Assembly (NCBI GenBank): GCA_002633005.1
Contig: NMRA01000482.1
Location: 201,462 to 265,461 of the forward strand
DNA from: Phoronis australis
Taxonomy: Eukaryota > Animalia > Phoronida
DNA: 64,000 bases
Reading direction: 5' to 3'
The position numbers and the translations under genes are program-made. This document shows, in pieces, positions 13,900 through 27,560 of the stretch; the first letter of the stretch is position 1; every line of letters begins with the position of its first letter. The notes under the pieces are model-generated. The model saw only the letters and a list, made by a program, of their open reading frames with translations, was not told the DNA's origin and did no database searches.

Positions 13900-15960
13900 C
13901 TCCAACTACAGGCCTTTGGCCGTAGGCTGCAGCAACAGACCTGCGAACGGGAGAAGGCCGGCTGCAACAACAGACCGGACTTGGGGGCTGAAACCAGAGA
14001 CCCAGAGTAGTGAGAGGGACTGAAAAACAAAGTGAGAGAAATGGGGAGCTGCAACAACAGACTCACCGAGAGTTGAGGAAGCCTGGGGAAGAGGAAAAGG
14101 CAGATATGCGAATTTAGTTTTTAGTGCGTCAGATTTTCAGCGCCCCATGCGCTAGATCACCGGTTTAGGGACGCCACGCCACGGCTGGCCGCTGATGTGG
14201 CGCGCTAATGCGAAAGCTACGTGACTTATAAGACTTGATGTGGAGACCTGCAAAGGAAACCACTTTAGTTAACATGGAGTTGAAGCAAGAACGTGTAACC
14301 GGTGATCCACTGAGGTGTTGAAACAGGGGCCTGAAGAGGGCTGAAAAGTAGAAAAGTACAAGGTAAGGGCAGCTACCGGGCAATGGGGAGATCGAACGGA
14401 CGGAATCGTAAGTGAGACTGGTCCCGAGTTGTGCTTGAAAGTACGTACAGTGATGACCACAGAGTCGGGTGGGAAGGCAACGTCGCTGACCTGTATGACG
14501 TGGGAGTAGAGCAAGGAGGTGACTGTGAATTCACCGACTCTGAGGAAGGCATGGAAGGGTAGGAGGAACATTGCATGTGCGAGAACCGAGTCGGCAAAAG
14601 AACGGAGTGCAGAAGGGCAGGCATCGAACAAGCGGCGAAGCGAAGCTGAAATAATGAGGAGCATGTGTTTGTCAGAAGAGAGGTGCAGATTGGAAGGGTC
14701 TTTGAGGATTTTTTATGAGAAAGGAGGAAGTGGGGTCAGAGAGGTTGTCGAGCTTATGGACAAAACTAATGACAGAGACATGGGACTGGATAGACCAGCT
14801 ACTAAGACCAGATTCGAAAAGATGGGAGATGTAGTGGGCTAGGAAAGATGTATTAATGGGCAATGCGAGAGGATAATTGTTAGAGGAGAGGTGAAATTGT
14901 GCAAGGTTATGCAGGGTGCGGGTGTAGGACTGCAGAGTGGATGGGGCCAGGGAAGCCCGGAGCAGTTCGGTCATGCCGCCATGAGGTGTGGCACGATCGG
15001 TGTCGGATGAGGGCTGAGCCAAGAACCTAGGGAAAAGGCGACCTGAAAGTTGAAACGAGAAAGTGCATCAGCAACGACATTAGTGTAACCAGGGATATGT
15101 TTTGCCCGAAAATGAACGTTAAAGGTAAGAGCGGAGATGACCAGACGACGAACAAAGGACATAATAATAATACAGTTTGATGGTGTCTGAAGATGTCCTC
15201 TCGTCGAATAGGAACAGTGTTTTCCCATTGGAGCCTCGGAGGAAGACGGACAAAGCCGTAAAGTCTGTTCTAGTTTCCTTATCGAGATTGACGAAGTGGT
15301 CCGGTCTCGAAATACCAATGGTGAGGTTAATGAGGGGGCTCAGGAAGGCGCGACCGGGCACGATGACGGAGCAGGCAAAGTTAAGTAGACCAAATAGGTA
15401 TTGGAGATAGCAAAGAGTAACCTTCCGGTGCTTCTGGAAGTCGAGAAGGAGGTTGGAAGCTTTTTCCGCCTTGTCCTGTGGGCGAGAAGCAGTCAAGGTC
15501 GTACAGTCAAGATGGATGTCATAAATGGTGATGGAGGTGGTCGGCTGAGTCGTCTCGTCGTGGTTGATAGGGATGCCTAGGGAGTTGCAAAGTGATACGA
15601 GCATTTCGTCAAGGATGGGGGCCCGCGAAAAAGAAGTCATCGAGGTAGTGAGAAACGCCGGCGAAATTCAACTTAGTTTCCAGGATCCATTGAATCGCAG
15701 AACTGACCTTCTCGAAGATGTTGCATCTGGGGGCACAGCTAAATGACAGGCATCTGTCGTAGTAGAAGTTGTTAGCCCAGGATAGACCTACAAGGGGGTA
15801 GTTGTCAGGGTGCACCGTTACGATGCGAAAAGCGCCCTTGATGTCAGTCTTAGCCACGAGGGAGTGGCGCCCAAACCTTTGAACCAGTCGGATAGGAACT
15901 GTGATGGATTGGTAGTGGACTTGAGAGAACTGATGGGGAATGAAGGAGTTAACTGAGTAA
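13900..15960 (-). mobile_element. DIRS/Ngaro-type tyrosine-recombinase retrotransposon fragment (RT, RNase H, YR)
   Basis: AKTDIKGAFR...SHYLDDFF (RT), HIPGYTNVVADALSR (RNase H), SLAPSTLQSY and FHAFLRVGEFT...CPVAAL, SFRI (YR). Frameshifted. Confidence 0.9.
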
Positions 15961-16109
15961 GAGTAACGAGATAGATATGAAAGCTTTAAATATGTCTAGT
16001 CAAGGCATTCCTCTCATTTTCTTTCATGAAATATTACAGAACCGAGATTTTTGTGCACAAAACACGAGTACACTTTTTATGCGTGGCCCCACACAACGTC
16101 ACTTTGGCT

Positions 16110-16520
16110 TTCCTGAGAAAAAAGCAAGGCAAGACACCTCTGTGACAGGTTGAAAGAACACCACACCTCAAAGAAAAGCAACATATATAGGCATTGTGTT
16201 AGCAACAATCACCAAGCCAATTCAGTTAGCATTATCTGCAGAGACCCTAATAAGGGGTTACTGTACATTAAAGAGTCATTGGCCATTCCAAACCAGCACG
16301 CCACTGATTCTCTGAATAACATACAGAGCTCAGTGACACTGCAACTATGGTGATGACCAGTTACTGACTATATTCCCTGTAGCTCTCACTTCACTTTATG
16401 GATGTTACCTGAGCTGAATGTTGGCACTTATTGTCCTAAATTGTTGTAAATATGATCCTGATGATGACTAATGAATAGACGAAACGTTGATTTAACATGA
16501 ACTTTTTATTTTTGCGGCGA
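16110..16520 (+). mobile_element. Penelope-like element 3' remnant (GIY-YIG C-terminus plus pLTR-like tail)
   Basis: RHLCDRLKEH...SNIYRH...H...LYIKESLAI...LN matches the C-terminal pattern of Penelope GIY-YIG endonucleases. A CTGATGA...GAAAC motif follows. Confidence 0.7.
16455..16491 (+). ncRNA. Minimal type I hammerhead ribozyme-like motif
   Basis: ATC-CTGATGA-T-GACTA-ATGAA-TAGAC-GAAAC-GTT-GAT: conserved core, stem I ATC/GAT, stem II with one mismatch. Confidence 0.55.
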
Positions 16521-18412
16521 TCGTCCAGATTTTTATCTTACTGTGGCTAAAAACTGATTTAATTAATACAATACTTGTCGTGTACTTATGAACTTTATAC
16601 TGAAAGCAGTCTTTATCATCCTCACTTCTTTCACGTGACCTCTGACATAGTGGATTAAAATTTGATCATGCTTCCAACAAGTAACAGCTGATCACCTGGA
16701 ACAGGATGCCTTTGCCCTCTGGAGGACTGGGAAGTAATTTGAATTTTCTTCTCTAGACTTCTCACAACTTGTCACACAATTATTCAACTACGTTCCACTG
16801 TGCCTCCCACTGCGCAGATGAAGTATCTTCTTACTGGTGGCTGGTTCCATGTAGTCAGCTCCCATTGCTACTTGAAAGTTTCCCATTTCTACACTTGTGT
16901 CAGTCATAACAAAATGCATACAGATAAGAAAATGATAACATTAGTCATCCATACCACTCCAAAAAGTGAAGTTATTGGGACACTGGTGGCTATACAACGT
17001 CCACGGAAATCTGACCACCAGTGGTTTTGCATTTGCCTGTTATTTACAGTGAATCTTTTACCTTGACGCTGTCCCCCGCTTTCAACGCCGTGCATCAAAA
17101 CCTCTTGAAGATTCCTCAAAAATAACGTTTTTTAAACACACTCCACTGCTAACTCACGGTAAGCATCTTTGATAACAGGACAATCACAAATAAAACCAAA
17201 AATAAATGATATTGTTCATTCAACACTGTAAGATTTGGAAAGGCACAAGCGGTAAGGGGGCAACCACGATTTATGAAGGAAAATGTTATGAAAATGATTC
17301 GTCGGCGGTGTTTTGTTTTGTTTTCTTAGCCGTGTGAATAAGATTACTGAGCTTTGTTAAACCAGTGAGATTTGAATTTCGACTCTCGCAAAAGGTGTCC
17401 AGCCAAAACTACAGCTGCTTGTCTTGTAAGTATCCTAATTCCATGACTACGAGCACTTTTCAGAAATAAAGTAGAATATCCTCGGTGCTTAGAAAATACG
17501 AAATTTGATAAATGATACATTGATTTGCAGTTTGCGGGCAATCTAGTAGCAAATATTCACTTTTTGTTGACATTTGACGGCATTACTCATAGTGGTGAAA
17601 TGGCGTAACCACCAGTCACTTTCGACTTCAAATGACATGAAATCCGTTCGCGCCAGAGAATTGTTTTGTCTTATTTTGTAGAACTACGATAGCTCAACAC
17701 ATTGGTTGGTACTAAAATGTTCTGAAACCTGTGCCAGCTGAGATATCGGGATACGAATTTAACCAATTTTGAATCACTAAAAGTACTCAGACAAAAAATT
17801 ATCAAAATCTTTTAAATTTTCATAAAAAAGTACTCGAAGGTCACACCTGATTAATAACACAGGTTCAATATTTCAACGTTACTTCAACTGCGTAACGTAA
17901 CTGTCGGAATTTTACTAAAACTTAACTGCCGCCAGGCTCAAAACTTGCCGGAAACAAATAGTATCCATGGAAACCAAAAGGGGATGTTTTAAAAAAATTA
18001 AAGGTGGTCTGGAGTCAGCGGGGCCAGTGTCATCACACAGACAAAATATAAAGAGAATCTGTGACATAGCGTTTATCACCCTCTGTCTGATCCATTGGCG
18101 AACATGCTCTTAATTGTAAACTAACCAGGATAATTTTGCTTCGTTGCATTAGTGTTATGGCCTAAAAAGTGATCAATCAATGACTATGTCAATACAGTTT
18201 AACATTAAAAAGCCACGATAGCCAGGACATAAAATAATCATGATAGAGAACGAAAACTACAGAGAGTGAAAACTAAATGAAAATGGCAACAATAAAGAAA
18301 AGTTCAAATCCTCACTAACCTGTAAAATCACCTTTTACCATTCATCTACTCGTTTAACGTCTACCTGGTTAGGTTCAAATACAGTTTCAAATAAATCAAA
18401 CCAATATAATCG

Positions 18413-18514
18413 TATAAATGCTTCCCAATTCTACGTAGACGTGTCAGTCTGCAGTTTCTGTCGAAATAAAAATTCAACTACAAAGTTTCTCTTTATTGAT
18501 TCGATCATCTAACG
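18413..18514 (+). promoter_or_regulatory. Putative core promoter and non-coding first exon, copy 2
   Basis: TATAAA 18413, TCAGTC 18444, donor GTAAGT 18515. Confidence 0.65.
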
Positions 18515-18759
18515 GTAAGTCAATACAACTGTTTTAACTACAATTCAAATAGGACCTAATAAGGAATAACATCACAAACATCAGGGGTTTGGATAAATTG
18601 CAGGATCATCCACCACGAAATATGCGAATTATGCCATGTCATTTATTTGTTTCCACACTTGAATGAATTGCTTACAACTTTTCTATTTCTATTCTGAAAT
18701 GTGCTCAACATTATTACAAGCCTATTTATTGAAACTTCTATTCTACGTACATTACAGAT

Positions 18760-20741
18760 ATGAAGTCGACAATTTGCTTCTTCGTCGTAGTCCTCTTGCT
18801 GGGAACGCTGTTTTGCATTACCGAGAGCACTGAAAACTCCAAGAATGGTATGTCATGAATATGTGATATTGAAAACATTGAACATAAAAAGGAAGTCTGT
18901 ATTATTTTCAACAGAAATGATAATTGTCTTTCGATTGAAAAGGAACTCCCAAAGCAGCGGTACTGTACTTTGTGTACATTGGATTTATGTACCGCCAAAT
19001 GTTAATAAATTTAAGGAAGCTCCATTCTGTAAGTGGGACAGCGTTTAGTATTTATTGAAAACAGACTAAAATAATGTTCGGTTTACTGAAATTAAAGCGG
19101 CTTTCTGCCAAAAACAAAATACAACATGCAACATTCAGGCCACTTGGCGCTTTAAAGTAGGTCTTGTTTTTTTGCCGCACTCAGTTTAGAAGCAGTGATG
19201 TCTGAAATAGAATAGAACTGACAGTTTATTTCCTCAGACCACGTTCATGACACTTCGGGTCGTGTTTTGATCTGAAAGTTTATGAGCTTGGTAGGAGCAA
19301 AACGAAATAGCAGATTTTGCAAGCTCGGAAATCACGTATATTTTGATTAAGGAACAATTTTATAAGGGTGAGTGGTTTAAATCAACAAAACTTGTTTTTG
19401 GAAGAAAGCACAGGTTCAATGCCCCTTCAAGGGGGTTTGGTATAGTTTTCCAAAGAATCCGCAAATGAAACGTTGCTTTGAGCTAATTGAATAATTGACA
19501 AAACTTATTTCACGTATCATGGAGATTTGATGTAATTTTGACAATTTAGATTTGTTTATGACTTCTTTTATTTTTTTAAATACTTTAATGTGGATTTGAC
19601 AGCTGTAAAACAATAATAGTTTTCCGCTACATACGTTTAAATAGAAGCGCCTGTGGTACAAAAACTGGAAATTTATATGAGTTACCCAAAAGCCACTTCA
19701 ACCTAAGTTATTGATTGACATACTCCTGAATATGGAATGTTTTCGTTGCATGGCGTCAGGTTTACGCTACAGCGGCTTTGTAATTCTCCAGTTAATGATT
19801 TTTTTACGTCGGCGTAATTAAACGATTTTTCTTGATTTTGACTATGTCGTATTTAAATTTTTCAATTAACTAATTTACACAAACAGTTGCAATCTTAAAA
19901 TCCACCCTGGCTCCGCTCTGGAGCTCCGTTGAGAATGAGAGACAATCGACACACCAACTTTTATGATCGAAACGAGTATTCGAACCTTTTAGTCTAATTA
20001 CAAACCAAAGTGTAGAGTTCATCTTATCAATCCAGGTTCCAGTATTACCATTTTCACCCATACCATACTTGAATCCCAGTGTAATTTAACAGCTGCTTCA
20101 ATACACAAGCACTTAATTCTTACTTCCGGAATGCAGTATTAGAGCCTAAACTCATTACTAATGCGTTCTAAAAGATGGAAGCGTGAGGGACTATTGTTTT
20201 GGACTGTTCTTTTTTCCCTCACTTCACCGGCTAAGGAATACCACAAGTTTCAAAAATCGCCTAACAGAGCATTGAACCCATTCTCCTCGACTGATGATAC
20301 AGGGCGCAATGGTGATGTGATGCCGTATTTCAAACGCTTTACGCCATCATATTTCAGCCTTTGGAGGAATTCGTCGGAAACGAAACATCAACAAAGGTTC
20401 TTGTAGAAATTGGAGCGATTGCTTCTTCAAGTGCAGACGCTTGAATTACCGCAGTGGTAACTGCAACAGCGGGAAGTGCTTCTGCATCAGGTAAGCTCAA
20501 ATCAACAGTGTCGTGTCGCTTATCCGTAGCACCTATTTTAACACATTGTTTAGTCAATGGATAAACCATATCAAGTAACCAAGTTCATAGTTATAAGTTT
20601 CAGTGTACTGAACGACTTGTTAGTACTCGCTCGACAGCCGAGCGTACATGTACATATTAACTTTCCAAATTAATACGATTTCATAATTGATAATTTTAAT
20701 ATATTAATAAGTTAAATTTTAATTCCAGGTACAGAAAATAA
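18760..20741 (+). CDS. CS-alpha-beta defensin-like secreted peptide precursor, copy 2 (77 aa; coding exons 18760-18847, 20358-20490, 20729-20741)
   Basis: MKSTICFFVVVLLLGTLFCITESTENSKN|AFGGIRRKR/NINKGSCRNWSDCFFKCRRLNYRSGNCNSGKCFCI-R|YRK*. Canonical GT/AG sites at homologous positions and an intact frame. Confidence 0.9.
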
Positions 20742-22769
20742 AGTTGGAGTAAAAGTAGATCCATAATTACGGAAATATTTCTTCTGGTTGTATAAGATCG
20801 CGATTTGGAGCTAAATAAACCATTCTGCACTTGTAGTTTTGATGAGCAGGCTAAACCCTTTTGATAAAATGGGCTCATGATCAAAGAGAGTCATACCTTG
20901 AACTACACGAAGCGTCACTGTGATTACGTCACATGGGACACTTAGATTCTTTATAGTGGGCGAAGTTACTCAGGGGAATTACATACAATACATGCATAAA
21001 TACAAACATGCACAGGTGTCGTATAACGTCTGTTACAAATTAAAGCACAACACAGACCGTCATTAAAAGGAAGTTTCCTCAGTAGGCTTGACCTAAATGA
21101 CAGATTTAATCAAACAAAATTGGTCTAAAATTGCCTTTTCGTTTTTGCTTCTGGTTTCTGTCATCGAATAAAACGATGACTCGTTATTGTCATCAATTTG
21201 ATCTATGTTTGAATGCCAACAATCCTGTCTGAACATGGATGACAATCTGACACTCTCGTTACTTGTCCATGGCCTGATTTGGCATGACGATCGTTATTTT
21301 GGCGATAAATCGATTCCATGCAAACAGACCGCCGGCCTCTTAAATAATATGAGCTTACAACTTTTTCAAGAACTCGTTGAACCAACGAGCTGGATTTCCG
21401 AGAAATTTAATATTATATAGGACCTCAGAAAAATGTCTAAATCTCGGCTAGCTTCGAAACATCATATCTCAGAATTGGTCCCTTCATAGGAAATTTTGAA
21501 TACTACGATTAATGTTTTCCGAAACAATGAAACGAGTCATGTGTAATGTTCGACTTTTCATAGGGGGGCTATTAAAATGAGACTTTTATGATTTTCAAAA
21601 AACAAAAGTTAATTCATAAAATGAAAATAAACAGATAACTTAGAAAACGGCAGAGATTTCGTCTTGGACATTTATATTGTGCTAGATTAGGTCATGATGC
21701 AATCCAGAAGAACACGCTCTGGTTATACCATGACCTCGCACATTTCCTGTTTTTTGTTGCACATCAAACTGAGGCGCGAACCGGGAAGTCGAGTTCAAAT
21801 ACTTTTGCATATCACGAATCGAGATATAATAACACACTGGTACAAACACGTACGTTGTATAACCAATTTATCCTATACGCTCCACAGCGGATTCTTTAAA
21901 GAAGCGGGTTTACACAGATTGCTCCGCTTGTTTTGGTGTCTTTTGTCATCTTCTATCAATGATGATCGCAGATCGCGTGACACGTATACGTGCACGCAAA
22001 ATTTTTATGAATGACTTTTGAAGCCTGCATGACACAGCAGTCAAGTTGTATTTTACACCAGTTACAGGCTTGGGATGCATATCTGCTATTTTCGGTATTT
22101 TAATCAGAGTTTGAGCTAAATCTAGTTCTAAATTAAAGTTTAGTTTATTTACATTTCGGACGATTTTTCTTGACTTCGTTGAGCAATATCTGTGCAGGAC
22201 ACCCAGACGATGTGGCTGATGCACATTCAGACGCTTCTTAAAAATGCTCCTTGCGCGCAGTTCTTATCATTTTTAGGTAGAAAGTATTCCGAAATTTATC
22301 GTAAAAATGACAAAAATACAGTGTTTACAGACGTTGCAGTTTTGCTTTTGGGCTCGACGTATTTTGATTGTTTTGAGAAAAAATTTAAAAATTGTTTCAT
22401 ATTTGACGGTAAAGAACCTCAACTGCTGTAGTGCAATAGGTGACCAAAAGGAGGCATGCATTTGTAATGTATATTGCAACATTTCTAAGGAACCTCTCAG
22501 GGTCTCATACTGTCGGAATGGCCCCTCGCTGTTTTACAGGGGCACTATATAACAGCTACCCGATGTTCAAAGCAAAAACGCCAAGAGAACATACACTATG
22601 AATGCATGAATACTTAGTTTTCATCTAATGATGGATTTTCGTTCCAAACATCAGTCATTGCCAAAACATCGAAATCAAAAACACGACGCAGAAACGTATC
22701 AAAAATGTGCAAAGTACAACTTGCAGAGACCCTTAAGGAAAAGTACAGATTACAAACACAATATGGGCA

Positions 22770-23340
22770 AGGTGGCACTGAATAGATAGGCTGCAGCCGC
22801 GGCCAATTTGCACTGCCAAAATATTAAAATTTTGGGGTAGGCCAAGTTTGGGGAAATTTTGTAGGTGGGCATTGCATGTAGGCTCAGTGAATGTGGTTTG
22901 TTTGCATTTGTGAACATGCTGAGAATAAAAAAGAACACTTTCTCGGCTGTAGCTGCACTCTTCTTCAAGATGGCGGCCCCCGGTTGCAAATGCGCATTGC
23001 TGGGTAGCGACTGAGAAATTGGCTGCGATTTTAGGTAGCCCTCAAACAAGCCAGAATTGCCAAAAAACTAAATGATTGACAGTACTTTTGGGACACATTT
23101 TCGGAATCTGTAGGAAATTTGCTTTCAGAATCTATTGTTGGTTTTAGTCGTCCATCGGCAGGGAAGTGGTGTTTTGGGGGTGAAAGGTGCCGCTTTTGCA
23201 CTCTTTTGCCCCTATTTTTCTTAGTCTTGCTTGGATTTCAGTGGGATTGAAAGGGTCAAAAATACAAGAGACAATAAAGTTTCTGCGTTCATCTGCAGGC
23301 TTTTTATGTGAAATAACTGAAAACGTCATTCTTTGCATTC
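22770..23340 (-). repeat. Dispersed non-autonomous repeat; inverted relative to related copies at about 27800-28310 and 41240-41770
   Basis: Shared core GCCGCCATCTTG(A/C)AGA(A/C)GAGTGCAGCTACAG at about 28110 and 41610 (+) and 22945-22980 (-). Confidence 0.7.
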
Positions 23341-23342
23341 TG

Positions 23343-23737
23343 GGCCCGGTCTCTAATCTTTGTACTCGAAACGAACTCGAAACTATTTTTGGCAATTTCT
23401 CTGCTCCTTTTGTGCGAACTTAAGATAATTGGTTATCAGACTGTGCTCGAATACATTATAGTTTATGCATAGGAGTTTCTAGTTCAAGTTTGCCCTTGAC
23501 GTCCCCTATATTCGTGCTACAAACTCGAGTACAAACTCGAAATTTCGAACTCAAACTCATTGCTTTAATATTGGGTTTACAAACTGTGAACTAATGGCAA
23601 TAAGTTATCTACGTACGTTATTGTGTACTCGAGCATAGAATAATAGACACTTATCTTGAGTTCGACCAAAAGTAGAGTAGAAAATGCCAAACCTAATTTC
23701 GAGTTCCATTTCGAGTAAAAAGATTGGAGACCGGGCC
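23343..23737. mobile_element. MITE, PIF/Harbinger-like
   Basis: About 42-bp imperfect terminal inverted repeats (GGCCCGGTCTCTAATCTTTGTACTCGAAA... / ...TTTCGAGTAAAAAGATTGGAGACCGGGCC) flanked by a 3-bp CTG duplication (23340-42 and 23738-40). Confidence 0.85.
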
Positions 23738-23879
23738 CTGTTTTTGACAGAGGGAAGAAAAGGTGACAAATCAAGTGATGTTGCTTTTGCAGTGAGAACT
23801 GTTTTGTGCCTCCTAAGCACACAATTTGAGGATGAGATCTTGTGCTGTGTTACTGCTGTTCATTCTCGATAGAGTTCTC

Positions 23880-23903
23880 GGGGGGGGGGGGNGGGGGGGG
23901 GGG
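23880..23903. repeat. Poly-G tract (contains an N)
   Basis: Direct reading. Shorter G runs occur at homologous sites near 36670 and 52912. Confidence 0.9.
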
Positions 23904-24199
23904 TGATAAACTACCAGATTATGCGGGAAAGACACTAGGTCGCCAAATCAGAAATGAGATAGGGACCGTGCAATTATCGGGAAGACGAGAAGGCAGCTGG
24001 AATAAATGAAAGCCTGACGTGATAATCGCATGCGTCAAGACCCGTTCTTCTGAAAAGTGGAGTTCTATATGAGCATTCAACCTTTGCACGCTACATGCAC
24101 ATGCAATGTCACAGTGAATAGAGCCTATTATATAATGCTAAACGAGAAACTCGGATTTGTTTGCGTCGCAAGGCAAAACGTTGCGTCCAGTGTGAATTT

Positions 24200-27100
24200 T
24201 TATTTAGGGAAAGGATGATTGCAGTCTCGCAATCCATCTGCACACACGCCAAGTGTGCCAACCTTACAGGGCACTAGGAAGTAGATGGGTCCGTGTTGAT
24301 ATGAAGAATGAGGTATATGGAGTTGTTGAGCAAAATTAAAGCTATGATGTCTGAACTGTCCTGTGTTGGGTTGCTGCTTGTCAAGACTCACATTCTCCAG
24401 CTCTGCGGTGACATCTTTTGTGGCCTTCACCATATCATTGTAATGTTCCCTTTCTTTCTGAACATTTTCTGGGTGTTCCATCTGGGAACCAACAAGTTCC
24501 ATATCTTCCCCTTCAGAAAGATTGACGCTTCTTCGAATTTTGTCATTGTTGTTCTTACATAGCCAACACAAGTCGGACATTGGCCGGCCTACAACTACAA
24601 ATGGCATATGGTTCTTCCAGATATTGAAAAACGATGATTTGCCTACAGCACGCTGACCTGAAATAGAATGCATTTATAAATTACTAAATCGGACTGGAGA
24701 AAATAGACTAAAAAGCAACATAATTTGTCGTTCATGGTGAAAATGAAATCAATACAAAATACTTCTATCTTTAAAGAACAATTTTTGTAATTAAAAATGT
24801 ATTTAAAAGCATAACTTTTACATCAGAAGCTAACTTTAAAATCATGTTTATGCTCTCTGGCAGTTTCTTTTTAAACTATAAAAATTCTAAACATAATGAA
24901 AATTTCATGTGACTGAAACCACCCTGTTCAAAATTTTACCATGAAGTGACTACAGACATGCCTCGTCTTACAGGGATACTGTATCTCGGTAAGTTCTCCA
25001 CAGGCCAATTGTTGTGACTGAGGAAGGTAGAATTCGAACATTTGCTCGTTTAAGGCCTTCCAGGCAAAACCAATGCGTGATCCTCAGCAAAGTTTAAAAT
25101 GAACAGTAGGCCCACTGCCTTTTCAGTATCTTCTGGGGGAAATGGCTTTGGTGTTGTTCTTTCTTCCACCAGGTTTTTTTCTGTCTCGGGGTAACGACAT
25201 GTTGTCTGTAGTGCTTTAACAAAGCTGTCAATTTGTTTTGACTGGTGCTGAAATATAAAAATTTTGCAATAGCGGAGTTGCATCCGAATCGATTTAACGA
25301 TTGCGCATGTCCGAAAATTAGGGTGCGCAAAGGCTATTGGGATTGATTAGGGTATATGGAATGGCCGATTGGTTTGCACGACGTGTGATTTGTGTGTATT
25401 AAACTACGCTGCTTTACGTACACTTGTAATTCTGCTGCTATTCGCCCCAATAAGCGCCCATGTCCCAAAAAGTGCCCCAACGCGTTTTCAGACATTGCTA
25501 AAGTAAGCGCCCAGCACATGAACTACATGCGAAAAATGCCTTAACGTCTCCAATTTATCAATTGACAGATCCAACAGTCCAAAATTTGTAGACCACGAGC
25601 CTCACCGTTATGTCCGTATACACTTCAAACTTTCGCCGCGATTCAAAAAGAACGCAAAGGTTTTGCAGCTCTTGGGAGGGATGTGCCCCACTACGCGGGT
25701 CTGGACTTTGAAAACAGACGCAGCGTACTTGTCAGCGGGATTGCATTGTTTCTTTCCGGTACAGATCTTCTCCGGCCTCAACAGGAATCCAAACTTCTTT
25801 GTACACGTGAAAACCGTGAATCGAAGACTAATAAAAAAACTCGACCAGTGTTAGCACGCGGCAAAGAAGCGCGCGCCGCATAATGTACCGGCTGTCATCG
25901 AAGACATTTAGTCGGTAACTATCTATTCATGAAACGGGTAACATAGCATCGGCAAGAAATAAATATTGGCACTAATTTCCGAAAGTTTCTAATACCGTAA
26001 AAAAATTTTGCATTATTTTAAGAGAAATTATTTAACTAATCATAATTGGTGTTTTTAAAGTCAAAATGACCCACTGATAGTGAACACATTCGCACCCTTA
26101 CACCCCGAATCTTCCGGAAAATAGCTGTTAGACAACGGTCACGCATCCACTCACCCGGTGACTCAGTGAGTGACATATCGGTCTTACCGAAACAATTCTC
26201 GAACGTTTCTTAGCAGATGAGGCCAGCAAACGTTAAGCTAAATATTAAAACAAGCTCTGCTTGACTTCTTGAGTTAATTTCTTTGGATACAATGCACACC
26301 TAGATCATTACATTGCATTTACTCCGGTAAATGAACTCTGATGACAAGCACACGCACGATTACTCTCACACACACGCATACAAACTTCAAACCAAACGTC
26401 ACGTGACAACAACATTTGTGTCTCTCCAGAGATTGTTCTCGTGTTGCGGGCTACAATCTAGCGCAGATTTGGACTTAATCTGCAGTTAATACAGACTCCA
26501 CAAGAACTTAAAGATCTTAGACATGCTATTTGGAAAACTTGAGGAGGATTTCAGGTAATTTGTTGAGTCGAAGCTGTACTCTTATTCAAGAATTCAAGCC
26601 CCATCGACGAGTGCGAGACCGGCAGCTACGCATTTGTTGGCGAGATTTCGCCCTGGGATTTCAGCACAATTTTCTGAAAAATGATCATAATTTGACAACG
26701 AATTTTGATAGCCTAATGCACCACAATTTTGTAGAAAGTAAATAATAATATTCTGCACGCTTTATCTTAGCGCGTTAATGCATATGTGCGTACGCTAAGT
26801 GAATCGACCTAGAACGGGTGATTGTGCAGAGGCCGTGATTATCGGCCTCAAAATTGCTCATGTTGGCTTGGTTCTGGTCAAGCGAAAACAAGTTTTTTTC
26901 ACTACCAACCGCCGTGGAGTATTTGTTACTGTTTCTTTCAAGGGAAATATTGTTGGGCAGTTTCCAAGATACGTTTTCTTGCCTCCCTCAAAATGGGCGC
27001 TGCATACTTAATGCTACGAAGTCGTAAAGAATTCACTAAGTCGGACTTTGCTACAAGCTCTACCGATGTGTTTGACCCATGTTTAACGCAGTTCTTGAGG

Positions 27101-27560
27101 CCTTGGGAAACAGGTAGTAATTAACTTCTTTATCTCGCTAACTGGTATTATAGCAGCAAGGCACACAACACGTATAACCTCCCTGTGGCCGGTTCGCCCC
27201 GACACTTACCGACGTACTTGTTTACCGGCTTAACCACAATGCAACATTCTGACCCATTTCCGATATGGTGGCGTTGCAACTCCGCTATTGCAATGAATGA
27301 CTAAAAAAATCATCTCCTGTGGTGAACAATGTTTTGCCACACTTTCATTTCTAAATTGCAAACAAATGGGTAAAACAGGATGATAATCATCTTTTGTTAC
27401 ATTTCGGGGAATATTAACACACCCATAAACAAATCTAAATGTTTCTCTGCAAACAATCTTGGAATCTACCACGTAGGTCGTTTTAGGGAGTTGTCTAGAC
27501 TTTCGTCGTGACGGCTTGGAGAGCGTAAACTCACTGGTATTCATGGGTGTACTTGACAGA
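24200..27560 (-). mobile_element. Decayed DNA-transposon transposase remnants (possibly Sola-like DDE)
   Basis: Fragments YVVDSKIVCRETFRFVYG, NFAEDHALVLPGR and RPMSDLCWLC...SFNFAQQLHIP...GPIYFLVPCKVG resemble conserved blocks of invertebrate cut-and-paste transposases. Superfamily assignment is from memory, not a search. Confidence 0.55.
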
